A DNA stretch of 64,000 nucleotides from the NCBI GenBank assembly GCA_039028615.1, contig JBCCHT010000007.1, positions 231,405 to 295,404 of the forward strand, given 5' to 3'. Under the pieces are notes generated by a model. That model worked only from the letters and a program-made list of their open reading frames with translations. It was not told the DNA's origin and ran no database searches. Numbering within the stretch: position 1 is the stretch's first letter; every line of letters starts with the position of its first letter. Source of the stretch: Myxococcota bacterium. Lineage in GTDB: Bacteria > Myxococcota_A > Polyangia > Nannocystales > Nannocystaceae. Positions 8,606 through 17,577 of the stretch are shown here, piece by piece. The position numbers and the translations under genes are program-made.

Positions 8606-10177
8606 TCAGCCGAACACGTGCTCGACGGGACCGCGGCGGTCGGCCACCTGGGTCAGGCCGTCGCGAACGCGAACCCGCGTGCCCAGGTCACCCTCGTCCT
8701 CGTAGACCTCCATCCAGCCTTCGCGGGGGTGTGGACCGGTCAGCGAGTAGACGTAGGCCGCGTCGCGAGGCGAGAGGTTGATGCAGCCGTGGCTCGCGCG
8801 GTGACCGAAGCGGTCGTGCCAGTACGCCGAGTGCAGCGCGATGCCGCCGTGGAAGTACTGCACGTAGGGCACCGCCTCGACGGCGTAGACGTCGGACGCC
8901 CCGGGGGCGCTGCTCATGCTGCCGTAGGCCTCTTTTTCGTTGATCCGAAACAAGCCCGTGGGGGTGGGGCCCTTGAGGCCGCTGGAGATCAAGGTGGTGT
9001 AGACCGGGGTGTCGCCCTCCATCACCGTCAGGGTCTGCTGGTCGACGTCGACGTCGAGCCACCGCTCGCCCTGCGCCAAGGTCGGGTCGCCGAGGTCGGT
9101 GACCGGCTCCCAGCGACGAATGTGCCGCGAGGAGACGTAGCCCCCATCCACCAGTTCATAGAAGGTCCCGCTGGCGGTCTTCACCGGGGTGGGCTCGACG
9201 TAGATCTCGGCGTGGTAGTCGAGCACCTCGTGGATCTCGGCCTCGGCGTCGGCTGCGACCCGCACGGTGGTCTCCGGCCACTTGGTGGCCCAGGCCAGGC
9301 GCTGCCCCTGCGGCACGGGCTCGGCCCGCAGGTCGTGGCCGGCGAACGAGCTCGGGCGGAAGCGACGAAGGTCGCGCTCGGGCATCACTCGACCGCGCTT
9401 GTCGACGAGCAGGGTGGTGCCCTTGACCGCGCGACGGGTCTTGAACGCGAAGTGACGCCCGGGAGCGCTCACCGTCTGGGGCTCGTCGCCCGCGAGGTAG
9501 CTCTGGAGCGAGGACCAGCGGCGCGCCGTCTTCCCGGCAGGAATGGCCGCGAAGTAGAACGGCATGACCCCGTCGCCCTTGATCGCGGGCATCGTGCGCG
9601 GCGCTCGGGTGGCCTTGCGGGTCTCGGCGAGGCACACGAAGCCGCCGTTGCCGACGTCGGCCCAGCCCTTGCCGCCGCAGCTCTTGCCCTCGACCAGCTC
9701 GAACACGTCGAAGGACTCACCCATGGGGATGCGAGCGCGGCGAGGGGCCCGATGATCGGGCGCGACGCGGATGGTCAGGCGTTGCCGAGCGGTGCGGGCC
9801 TCGATGGGCTCACGCTCGGCGGGAATGGGTGCCAGCTCGACCGGCGCGACCACGGTCTCGGTCGCGGCGGGCTCGGGCCGAGTCGAGGACACGGGCTCGG
9901 ATGCAGCCGTGGACCCCTTGCGGCTCAACGAGCTCAGCGAGCGCTCGGTCGCCATGCCCTGCGACTCGGGCATCTCGTCGACCGTCATGTTCATGGTGGA
10001 GGGGCGCTCGCGCGTGGTGGCGTCGTCGAGGGTCTCGACGGCCATCGGCTCGCTGGGCGGCATGGCAGCGGTGGCCTGCTCGCAGCCGGGGGACAACAAC
10101 ACCAGGGCGCTCATGCACCCCAGCAAACCCAAGACTGCTCGCTTCGACTCCGTTGCCCTGCCACTGCGGTCGCTCAT
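8606..10177 (-). CDS. L,D-transpeptidase (YkuD domain), secreted or lipoprotein
   Basis: WLDVDVDQQTL, ISSG...TPTG.F and GIALHSAYWHDRFGHRASHGCINLS (catalytic His and Cys). Start placed at MSDRSG. Confidence 0.9.
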   Translation of the reverse strand: MSDRSGRATESKRAVLGLLGCMSALVLLSPGCEQATAAMPPSEPMAVETLDDATTRERPSTMNMTVDEMPESQGMATERSLSSLSRKGSTAASEPVSSTRPEPAATETVVAPVELAPIPAEREPIEARTARQRLTIRVAPDHRAPRRARIPMGESFDVFELVEGKSCGGKGWADVGNGGFVCLAETRKATRAPRTMPAIKGDGVMPFYFAAIPAGKTARRWSSLQSYLAGDEPQTVSAPGRHFAFKTRRAVKGTTLLVDKRGRVMPERDLRRFRPSSFAGHDLRAEPVPQGQRLAWATKWPETTVRVAADAEAEIHEVLDYHAEIYVEPTPVKTASGTFYELVDGGYVSSRHIRRWEPVTDLGDPTLAQGERWLDVDVDQQTLTVMEGDTPVYTTLISSGLKGPTPTGLFRINEKEAYGSMSSAPGASDVYAVEAVPYVQYFHGGIALHSAYWHDRFGHRASHGCINLSPRDAAYVYSLTGPHPREGWMEVYEDEGDLGTRVRVRDGLTQVADRRGPVEHVFG

Positions 10178-10330
10178 GCTCACCTTTCGCCCTTGGTCGG
10201 GCGGGGTCTCGGGTTGGCGCCTGCGGTGCGAGGCAGACGGACAACGACCCACGCCACCTTTGACGCAGCTTGGGCCTAGCGATTCTCTTTTCAAGTTGAC
10301 AGGCCGAAGAAACTATGAGGCTGGTGCGAC

Positions 10331-10440
10331 TCCCCCCGAGGTGACGACACGAGTAGCCATGTCACGGTCTCCCGTTCGGGGGTCGAACCTTCGTTCCGAG
10401 CGGGGGTGGCTACTGCGGTAGTCACCGTCCAATCGCGGGA
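10331..10440 (+). other. Long imperfect intergenic stem-loop; candidate structured ncRNA
   Basis: Nested complementary arms: GGTGAC 10340-45 with GTCACC 10421-26; AGTAGCCA 10352-59 with TGGCTACT 10407-14; CTCCCGTTCGG 10369-79 with CCGAGCGGGGG 10396-406 (two G-U pairs). Confidence 0.4.
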
Positions 10441-10569
10441 CAACGGGCACGCAGAGCGACAGGCCCGTGAGCTTTTCGACATCCGCAGTTCGCACGTCGT
10501 CATCGCTAGTGGGGAGATCCCACCACGAAGACGAGGCTGCGTGACCCGTTCGTGGCCCGGCCGCGGGGA

Positions 10570-11805
10570 CTACCGCGAGGGGCTCGAGACGAACACGGTG
10601 CGGAAGTGCGGCGTGTGCCGAGCCGCGTCGTCGGGCGTCCCCGAGGCGTCGGCCAATGTGTCACCAGAGGGGCCGGCGTCGGGAGGCGGAGCCACGTCCG
10701 TCGGCGTGTCACTCGAAGGCGGTTTCGCGGGAGGCGGAGCCACGTCCGTCGGCGCGTCGCTCGAGGGCGGCGGAGCCACGTCCGTCGGTGCGTCACTCGA
10801 GGGCGGCGGAGCGACATCGGTCGGGGCTCCGCTAGCCGGCGGCGTCTCGGGCGGAGGCGTGACATCGGTCGGTGCACCGCTGGGAGGCGGAGCATCGGCG
10901 GGCGGCGGAGCCACGTCCGTCGGTGCGCCACCGGGCGCGGGCTCGACCGGCGCGGCGGGAGCGGTGCGGGGCGGCGGCGTGGGCTGAGCGGGAGGATCGG
11001 GCTCGACTGCCTCGTCCATGGGATTGGTGGCGGGCGGGTAGCTGCGCGGGGCCTCACGCTCCCTTCGCTCACGCGCCCGTCGTTCCCGGCGACTCTCTCG
11101 CTTGCCCCCAAAGGCCAGCACCATGCCCAGCTGCGGCCCCCATCGGAACGAGCACAGGTCGAGCAACAGCGGCGTGCCGTCGGGGTCACTGGGGGTATAG
11201 GTCAGCGCGTCCTGGCACTGGTCGGTAGGGAAGATGCCCGAGAAACCGACGCCCAAGTTGACGTACAGCGGTCCCGCCACATTGAGGAACACCCCGGGTC
11301 CCGCCACCCACTGCCCGTAGGTCCCCGCGCCGTGGTTGAAGAACACCGGACCCGCTCCGCCGTAGACGTAGGGCGAGAACCGGCGACTACGAAAGAACAC
11401 GTACTGCAGCGTCGGCGTGATGTCGAAGACGTTGGTGGGCAGCTGATCTTCGATGCCGGGATAGCGAGCCTTGAACGCGCTCTTGTAGATGAGGATGGTG
11501 TCCGAAAAACTCAGCCCCGCCGAGAGCCCGTTGACGATGTAGTAGTTGAAACCGAGGCCGAAGTTCAGGGTCGCGATGTCGCTGAACAGGCCGCCCGCAC
11601 CGAGGCCGAAGGTGGGCACCATGGTCCCCCGCCCCCACGGGCGATCGTCGCGAGGCTCGGCCGCCTCGGCCGTGCTCGACCACGCCAGGGCCATCGCGGC
11701 CGCGCCCGTGGCCAGCAATCCCATGCGCCGACGTCGACGAGAGCGCCGAGTGCGACCGACGAACGAGGCGGACGAATCTCCGGTGGAGCGGGCCATTCGC
11801 TTCAT
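10570..11805 (-). CDS. Secreted, outer-membrane beta-barrel-like protein with a Pro-rich repetitive C-terminal tail
   Basis: Signal peptide ending AEA, alternating amphipathic strands (FGLGFNYY, SPYVYGGAG, LYVNLGVGF), then PTDVAPPP repeats. Confidence 0.7.
   Translation of the reverse strand: MKRMARSTGDSSASFVGRTRRSRRRRRMGLLATGAAAMALAWSSTAEAAEPRDDRPWGRGTMVPTFGLGAGGLFSDIATLNFGLGFNYYIVNGLSAGLSFSDTILIYKSAFKARYPGIEDQLPTNVFDITPTLQYVFFRSRRFSPYVYGGAGPVFFNHGAGTYGQWVAGPGVFLNVAGPLYVNLGVGFSGIFPTDQCQDALTYTPSDPDGTPLLLDLCSFRWGPQLGMVLAFGGKRESRRERRARERREREAPRSYPPATNPMDEAVEPDPPAQPTPPPRTAPAAPVEPAPGGAPTDVAPPPADAPPPSGAPTDVTPPPETPPASGAPTDVAPPPSSDAPTDVAPPPSSDAPTDVAPPPAKPPSSDTPTDVAPPPDAGPSGDTLADASGTPDDAARHTPHFRTVFVSSPSR
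10682..10925 (-). repeat. Intragenic repeat: 6 copies encoding PTDV(A/T)PPP
   Basis: Repeated + strand unit GGCGGAGCCACGTCCGTCGG and its variants, with variable spacers. Confidence 0.85.
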
Positions 11806-11926
11806 CGTCAAATAGCCCCGCCCCTAAAATCAACTCGTCAGGGGCCAGCTGCGGCGGGGGCGTGATGCAGGCCTCACCGCGCGGTGGGGCACCGTGCCAC
11901 GGAGGCTCGGCGCGAGGTGCCGTACC

Positions 11927-13432
11927 ATGCTCCCAATGTCGACGCTGCTCGATCGCTCGGCCATGGACCTGCTGCGTCTCGTCCGCCAACGCGAGGTCTC
12001 GCCCGTGGAGCTGCTCGAGGCCCATATCGCGCAGATCGAAGCGGTGAACCCCTCGCTCAACGCGATGGCGGCCCCCTGCTACGACGCGGCCCGAAACGAG
12101 GCGGATGCGGCCGAGAGCCTGATCATGCGCCGCGACCCGGACTCGCTGCCGCCGCTCATCGGCCTGCCCTTTACGGCCAAGGAGTACATCATGGCGGAGG
12201 GCATGCCGCTCACGGGCGGCGTCTGGTCTCGCCGCTCGATTCGGGCCTCTCGCGATGCCACCACCGTGCGAAGGCTGCGGGAGGCGGGCGCGATCTTGGT
12301 GGGGCTCACCAACGTGCCCGAGGGCGGCCTGTGGATGGAGACCTACAACGACATCTATGGGCGCACCGTAAACCCGTGGTCGCCCGCGCACACCTCGGGG
12401 GGCAGCAGCGGCGGCGAGGGGGCCATCGTGGCCGCGGCCGGGGTGGCCTTTGGCCTGGGCGCGGACGTCGGGGGCTCCATCCGCATTCCGGCCGCGTTCT
12501 GCGGGACCGTGGGGCACAAGCCCACCGGGCGCCTCGTCCCCAACACCGGGTTCTGGCCGCCCGCGGGCGAGGGCGACCTGTCGGCCTATCTCGTGTGCGG
12601 ACCGCTCACCCGCCGCGTCGAGGACGTCATGCCGATCATGCGCGTGCTGGCCGGGCCCGACGGCGAGGACCCCGTGGTAAAGCCATGGACCCTGGGTGAC
12701 CCGAGCGAGGTCGACCTGCGCGACGTGACCGTCTACCCGGTGCCGGGCAACGGCTTCGTGCGCATCAGCTCGGAGAACCGCCGCGTCATCGAGCGCACCA
12801 CCGAGGCCCTGCGGGCCCGCGGGGCCAAGGTCGGCACGTTCGACATCAAGCGGCTCCGCAAGGCCTTTCCCATCTGGGCGGCGATGATGGCCACGGGCGG
12901 CGGGCCCTCGTACAGCCAGGTGCTCGGGGACGGCCGGCCCTTCTCGGCCACGCGCGAGCTGCTGCGGCTGGCCCTGCGACGCTCGCATCACACCCTGCCC
13001 GCGCTGGTGGTCGCCGGTCTCGAAGAGCTCACCGCCAAGCTGCCCGACACCGTCGACGGCGCCATCGCGCAGGGTCGCGCCCTGCAGGCCGAGCTCGATC
13101 GAACCCTGGGCCCGCGAGGAGTCCTGCTGCATCCGCCCTACTCCCGCCCGGCCCCCCGCCACTATCGCTCGCTGCTGACCCCGTTCGACTTCGTGTGCAC
13201 CGGCCTGTTCAACGTGCTCGAGATGCCCTCGACCGTGGTGCCCACGGGTTTTTCGAAGGACGGTCTGCCGCTGTCGGTGCAGGTCATCGGAGGGCGCGGA
13301 CACGACCACCTGACGGTCGCCGTCGCGTCGGCCGTCGAGCGAGACTTCGGCGGCTGGCAGCGCGCGCGCCCCAGCGGGGTGCTGCCCTCGCGCTTCATCG
13401 GCCCCGACTCGCCGCTGCACGACCGCACCTGA
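11927..13432 (+). CDS. Amidase signature family enzyme (FAAH2-like)
   Basis: GLPFTAKE (catalytic Lys), GGSSGGEG, GADVGGSIRIPAAFCG (catalytic Ser) and GLPLSVQVIG. GAGGTG RBS upstream. Confidence 0.92.
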   Translation: MLPMSTLLDRSAMDLLRLVRQREVSPVELLEAHIAQIEAVNPSLNAMAAPCYDAARNEADAAESLIMRRDPDSLPPLIGLPFTAKEYIMAEGMPLTGGVWSRRSIRASRDATTVRRLREAGAILVGLTNVPEGGLWMETYNDIYGRTVNPWSPAHTSGGSSGGEGAIVAAAGVAFGLGADVGGSIRIPAAFCGTVGHKPTGRLVPNTGFWPPAGEGDLSAYLVCGPLTRRVEDVMPIMRVLAGPDGEDPVVKPWTLGDPSEVDLRDVTVYPVPGNGFVRISSENRRVIERTTEALRARGAKVGTFDIKRLRKAFPIWAAMMATGGGPSYSQVLGDGRPFSATRELLRLALRRSHHTLPALVVAGLEELTAKLPDTVDGAIAQGRALQAELDRTLGPRGVLLHPPYSRPAPRHYRSLLTPFDFVCTGLFNVLEMPSTVVPTGFSKDGLPLSVQVIGGRGHDHLTVAVASAVERDFGGWQRARPSGVLPSRFIGPDSPLHDRT

Positions 13433-13488
13433 GGCTCGCGGGGCGGACTTGGCGGGACCCGGCGCGATGCGTCACCATGGAAGGGTCC

Positions 13489-13881
13489 ATGGACGAGCGC
13501 ACCAACGAGGAGATCCGCCGACGCCTCAACAAGCAGCGTGAAGAACTCCGCCGCGAAGGCGACCTCGAGATCGCGCCGCTCAAGGACGATCCCACCAAGA
13601 AAGTGGACGAGGACGCGGCCCCCCTGGCGGAGATGAGCCAGGTGATCGCCTCGAGTCGCAACCGCAAGCGCGCCAAGCAGCTCGCGGACATTGCCGCGGC
13701 GCTGCAGCGCATGAAGGACGACCCGGAGGACTTCGGGCTCTGCGAATCCTGCGACGAGCCCATTCCCATGCGCCGCCTCGAGCTCATGCCATGGGCCCGC
13801 CTCTGTGCTCCCTGCCAGTCCGAACAGGACGCGAAGGGAACCCCCGGTGGCAGTCGTAAGCATTTGACTGACTACCGCTGA
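13489..13881 (+). CDS. TraR/DksA family C4 zinc-finger protein
   Basis: Coiled coil followed by FGLCESCDEPIPMRRLELMPWARLCAPCQ. Confidence 0.88.
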   Translation: MDERTNEEIRRRLNKQREELRREGDLEIAPLKDDPTKKVDEDAAPLAEMSQVIASSRNRKRAKQLADIAAALQRMKDDPEDFGLCESCDEPIPMRRLELMPWARLCAPCQSEQDAKGTPGGSRKHLTDYR

Positions 13882-14155
13882 CGGCCCAACGCAATGACGT
13901 CGTAGCGCGTTCGTTCATTGCTGTGCCCGTGATCGAAACGAACGCGTCTGCCACTGACTGCGAGATCGGCACGCAATGGAAGTCGATGTTCGAGAGACCA
14001 CGTTCACTGCATGGACGAGCGCTCGGCTGTGTTCGATGTAGTGAAAGATGCGTTGAAAACTACCCTGGGAGCCCAAATTTCGCTGGTTTGGCAGTTAGAA
14101 AACTTAGAGGATGTGTCCGGGCGGTTGGGAGTTTAGCTGGGAATCGGACGGACGA

Positions 14156-15496
14156 ATGAAGGGCACACGGATCAATTGGGTCGCGCTGGGTGGCGTGGCA
14201 GGGCTGTTGGCGATGTCGGGCAACGCGGGCGCAGAGGAGCCCGTCGACGACGTGCGACCACACGGGACCTACGTACAAGTCGACATGGATCCATCGCGGG
14301 TACTGACCGCCGATGACGATCCTCAGGCTGGCGGCGCCCCCCACATCCTCTTTCTCAACCGCTGCGCAGGCGGGCTGACCATCACGCCGGGCAATGGGGG
14401 CTCGGTGGCGAACCAGTCCGGGATCTTGAGCGGCACGGTCAACTTCCCCGAGTTCCCCTACGGCGACGCCGCGTGGGCTCAGGTGATGAACGAGGCTCGC
14501 GAGATTTTCTCGCCATTCAACATCCAGGTGACCGACGTCGACCCGGGCAACGTCTCGCACGACGAGGCGATCGTCTGCGGCACGGGCAGCGGTGCGGGCT
14601 TCGGGGGGGCCGGCGGCGTGGCTCCCTTCACCTGCGGGGTCATCAACAACCCCATCACCTTCACCTTCGCGGAGACCATCGGGAACAACCCGCGGGTGCT
14701 CGCCGAGGTCGTGGGGCAGGAGGCGGCGCACGCCTGGGGCCTCGACCACGAGATGCTCTGCGAAGATCCGATGACGTACCTCAACGGGTGCGGACAAAAG
14801 ACCTTCCAAGACGTGGACGCGCAGTGCGGCGAGTTCCAGGCTCGCAACTGCAGCTGCGGTGGAGCCACGCAGAACTCCTACCAGCACATTCTCAACACCT
14901 TCGGCTCGGCGATTCCCGATACGCAGTCACCGACGGCGGCGATCACCTATCCCACCGACGGCGAGACCTTCAGCCCGGGCGCGAGCTTCGACATCGAGGT
15001 CAGCGTCAACGACGACGTGCAGGTCACGCTGGTGACGCTGTACTCCGACGGTGATGCGGCCGGTGCCGACGAGACGGATCCCTTCGGGCCCTGGCCGGTC
15101 AGCGGCATCCCCGAGGGCAACTACGAGTTCTATATCGAGGCCGAGGACTTCGCGGGCAACGTGACCCAGAGTCCCACGGTTACCATCCACGTGACCGCCG
15201 ACGGCGAGCCCCCGCCCAACCCGGGCGATGACGGGGGCGACGATGGTGGCGACGGCGGCGACGGTGGAGGCTCCGCCGGCGACGACGGAGGTGACGGTGG
15301 CGGCGGCGGCGGCGGTGGCGGTGACGCTGGTGCCGACGGCGACGGCGGGCTGCCCCCGGGCTACGGCTTCGACGAGGATCCCACCACCGACGGCTGCAAC
15401 TGCCGCCAGAGTTCGCCCCGCGGCGCCCTGGGCTTCGGTCTGCTGATGTTGGGCCTGCTGGGCCTTCGCACTCACGGACGCCGACGACGACGCTGA
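14156..15496 (+). CDS. Secreted metallopeptidase-like protein with Ig-like domain, Gly/Asp linker and MYXO-CTERM-type anchor
   Basis: Signal peptide; QEAAHAWGLDH...DPMTY (metzincin-like motif with Met-turn); PTAAITYPTDG...AEDFAGN Ig-like domain; GCNC plus hydrophobic helix plus RRRR at the C-terminus. Confidence 0.8.
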   Translation: MKGTRINWVALGGVAGLLAMSGNAGAEEPVDDVRPHGTYVQVDMDPSRVLTADDDPQAGGAPHILFLNRCAGGLTITPGNGGSVANQSGILSGTVNFPEFPYGDAAWAQVMNEAREIFSPFNIQVTDVDPGNVSHDEAIVCGTGSGAGFGGAGGVAPFTCGVINNPITFTFAETIGNNPRVLAEVVGQEAAHAWGLDHEMLCEDPMTYLNGCGQKTFQDVDAQCGEFQARNCSCGGATQNSYQHILNTFGSAIPDTQSPTAAITYPTDGETFSPGASFDIEVSVNDDVQVTLVTLYSDGDAAGADETDPFGPWPVSGIPEGNYEFYIEAEDFAGNVTQSPTVTIHVTADGEPPPNPGDDGGDDGGDGGDGGGSAGDDGGDGGGGGGGGGDAGADGDGGLPPGYGFDEDPTTDGCNCRQSSPRGALGFGLLMLGLLGLRTHGRRRRR

Positions 15497-15525
15497 GAGT
15501 TCGCACGCTACCGATCACACGCAAC

Positions 15526-15563
15526 GAGGCCGACATGCACAGCGCATGTCGGCCTCTTTTGTT
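15526..15563 (+). terminator. Intrinsic terminator
   Basis: Perfect 13-bp stem GAGGCCGACATGC / GCATGTCGGCCTC with a 5-nt loop, followed by TTTTGTT, between convergent genes. Confidence 0.85.
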
Positions 15564-15580
15564 GGTTGCCCGCCGCGCGC

Positions 15581-16375
15581 TCAGGCCGGGTCTTTGAAGT
15601 TGGGCGCCCGCTTCTGCATGCCGGCCATCACCGCTTCCATTTGGTTGGGCTTGCCGAGCACGCCGCGCTGGATCTCCTCCTCCAGTTTCAGCCCGTCCTC
15701 GGTGGAGATGGTGCCCGCGACGTTGAGGATGCGCTTGGCACCGCGGATGGCATCGGGCGAGCGCTGGGCGACCTGACGGGCGGCCTCGAGCGCGGTCGCC
15801 CGTGGGTCGGCGACCACCCGCGTCGCGAGACCGATCTCCACGGCCTCCGTGCCCGGGACGGAACGCCCGGTGAACACCAGCTCCTTGGCGACGTCGAGCC
15901 GCACCAGGTGCCGCAGGGTCTGGGTGCCGGTCATGTCGGGGATGAGGCCCCAGTTGATCTCGCGCACCGAGAGCTTGGCGTCGGCAGTGACGAAGCGGAT
16001 GTCCGCGGCCAGGGCGATCTGCAGGCCACCGCCGTACACGTGGCCGTGCAGGGCGGCAATGACCGGCACGGGCACCTCGGCCCAGACCCAGGCCGCCCGC
16101 TGGGCCGTGTTGGCGCTGGAGCCCTCCTGCGGGGCCAGCAGCTGCGCCGGGTTCATGCCCTCGCGCATGAGCGAGGCGAAGTCGAGACCGGCACAGAACG
16201 AGGGGCCCTCACCCGACAGCACGACCGCGCGCAGGCTCTTGTCGTCGATGAGCGAGCTCCCGGCCTCGATCAAGGCCTCGAACATCCGGCGATCGAGACC
16301 GTTGTGCTTGTCGCCCCGGACGAGGCGGACGTCGGCCACGCCCTCCTCGATGTCTACGCGTACGCGGTCGTTCAT
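15581..16375 (-). CDS. Enoyl-CoA hydratase/isomerase (crotonase family)
   Basis: FCAGLD, PVIAALHG...GGGLQIALAADIR and EINWGLIPDM. Confidence 0.93.
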   Translation of the reverse strand: MNDRVRVDIEEGVADVRLVRGDKHNGLDRRMFEALIEAGSSLIDDKSLRAVVLSGEGPSFCAGLDFASLMREGMNPAQLLAPQEGSSANTAQRAAWVWAEVPVPVIAALHGHVYGGGLQIALAADIRFVTADAKLSVREINWGLIPDMTGTQTLRHLVRLDVAKELVFTGRSVPGTEAVEIGLATRVVADPRATALEAARQVAQRSPDAIRGAKRILNVAGTISTEDGLKLEEEIQRGVLGKPNQMEAVMAGMQKRAPNFKDPA

Positions 16376-16428
16376 GCCTGGTGCTTAGCACGACCCGGTT
16401 GCGCTCGAAACGGCACGCCGCGTCCGCG

Positions 16429-17355
16429 CTACTCCAGGGGCTCCCAGCACAGACACAACAGATTGCGCAGACCACTGCACTCGGCCGTGCCCGTGGCGAG
16501 CCACCCCGCGGGGATCGGGCTGTTGCCCCAGTCCATGCTGCCGACGGTGCCGGGTCCGACGGTGGTCGACCAGTCCGAGCACGAGGCGTCGGGCGTGCCG
16601 TCGGCGAGTGCACCCGTCCAGTACTGGAGCACGCCCCCGGGCGCGAGACCGCTGGCCATGATCTCCACCCGCGTGACCGGCAAGGGTCCGAGGATGAGCT
16701 GGAGGTAGTCGTCGGCAACGACGGTCGTGCCATCGGGTCCGCGAATCTCCAGGTCGATGAACCCGGGCTCGAGCAGCAGCAGCTCCGCCAGCTCGTAGCT
16801 CGGCGCCGAGATGAAGGGCCACACCGCCGCATCGGGCCCGCAGCGCGCGACGGGCAGGCCGAGATCGAGGGCCGCGTCGCACTCGAGCAGCGCTCGCTCG
16901 AGGCCCGTGGCGGGAATGCCCGGAGCGAAGTACCCCGGCATGTCGGGCACGGCGTAGAGCACGGCAAACGGCGTGTCGCCGCCCGAGTCGGTCGACTCGT
17001 CGAAGGGCCCGTCGTCGAGCACCCCGGTCATCCCGGTCGTGCTCGAATCGACGAGGCCTTCGTCGCTGGCTCCGTCGGTGAAGCCCTGCGAGTCCACGCC
17101 ATCGGTAGTCACCCCGCCGTCGGTGCCTACCGCCTGCGTGTCGCCCCCGCCCATCGAGCCTCCCCGGCCGTCGGCGCCCGAGGTCATCGCCCCCGTGGTC
17201 ATCACGCCCATGTCGCCGAAGTCTCCGCCCGTGCCGCCCGCATTGCCCGAGTCGGCCATGAAGGCGGGATTCGGCCGAGAACAGCCGCTCAGCGCCCACA
17301 CGGTGCCCACGAACCAGAGACTCGAACTCGACCAACGACGGCGGAAATACAACAA
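16429..17355 (-). CDS. Hypothetical lipoprotein with Gly/Thr/Asp linker and a Cys/Trp C-terminal (DUF1554-like) domain; start uncertain
   Basis: Lipobox LSGC, low-complexity linker, then YWTG...CSDWS...W....C....LLCLC. Track ORF extends to 17577. Confidence 0.6.
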   Translation of the reverse strand: MLYFRRRWSSSSLWFVGTVWALSGCSRPNPAFMADSGNAGGTGGDFGDMGVMTTGAMTSGADGRGGSMGGGDTQAVGTDGGVTTDGVDSQGFTDGASDEGLVDSSTTGMTGVLDDGPFDESTDSGGDTPFAVLYAVPDMPGYFAPGIPATGLERALLECDAALDLGLPVARCGPDAAVWPFISAPSYELAELLLLEPGFIDLEIRGPDGTTVVADDYLQLILGPLPVTRVEIMASGLAPGGVLQYWTGALADGTPDASCSDWSTTVGPGTVGSMDWGNSPIPAGWLATGTAECSGLRNLLCLCWEPLE

Positions 17356-17577
17356 GATGGCGAACGACCTGTCGAAGACAATCGCCTCCGCGACACGAAC
17401 ACGTCCCAATGTCCGTGTCACGGAGGCGACCGATGGGTGTGGGAGGACACCGCGACGACGCGGTGAGGTACACCTCGGTAGTGACACGGGCCCCCGGGTG
17501 CCACCAGGTCCGCGCGACGAACGGTACTCAGGGGTCGACCAACGGTCTTCCCGAAAACCGAGTGTTGCAATTCGCAA

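Noticed and set aside
10324..10395. T-loop-like strings (GGTGCGACTCCC on +, GGTTCGACCCCC on -) suggesting tRNA, tmRNA or 6S
   Set aside because: No paired T-stem, cloverleaf, CCA end or 6S-type conserved motifs could be built.
10682..10925. Repeats with spacers resembling a CRISPR array
   Set aside because: They are in-frame coding repeats with degenerate units and related spacers, and there are no cas genes.
15225..15350. GGC/GAC-rich low-complexity tract
   Set aside because: It encodes an ordinary Gly/Asp linker before the sorting signal.
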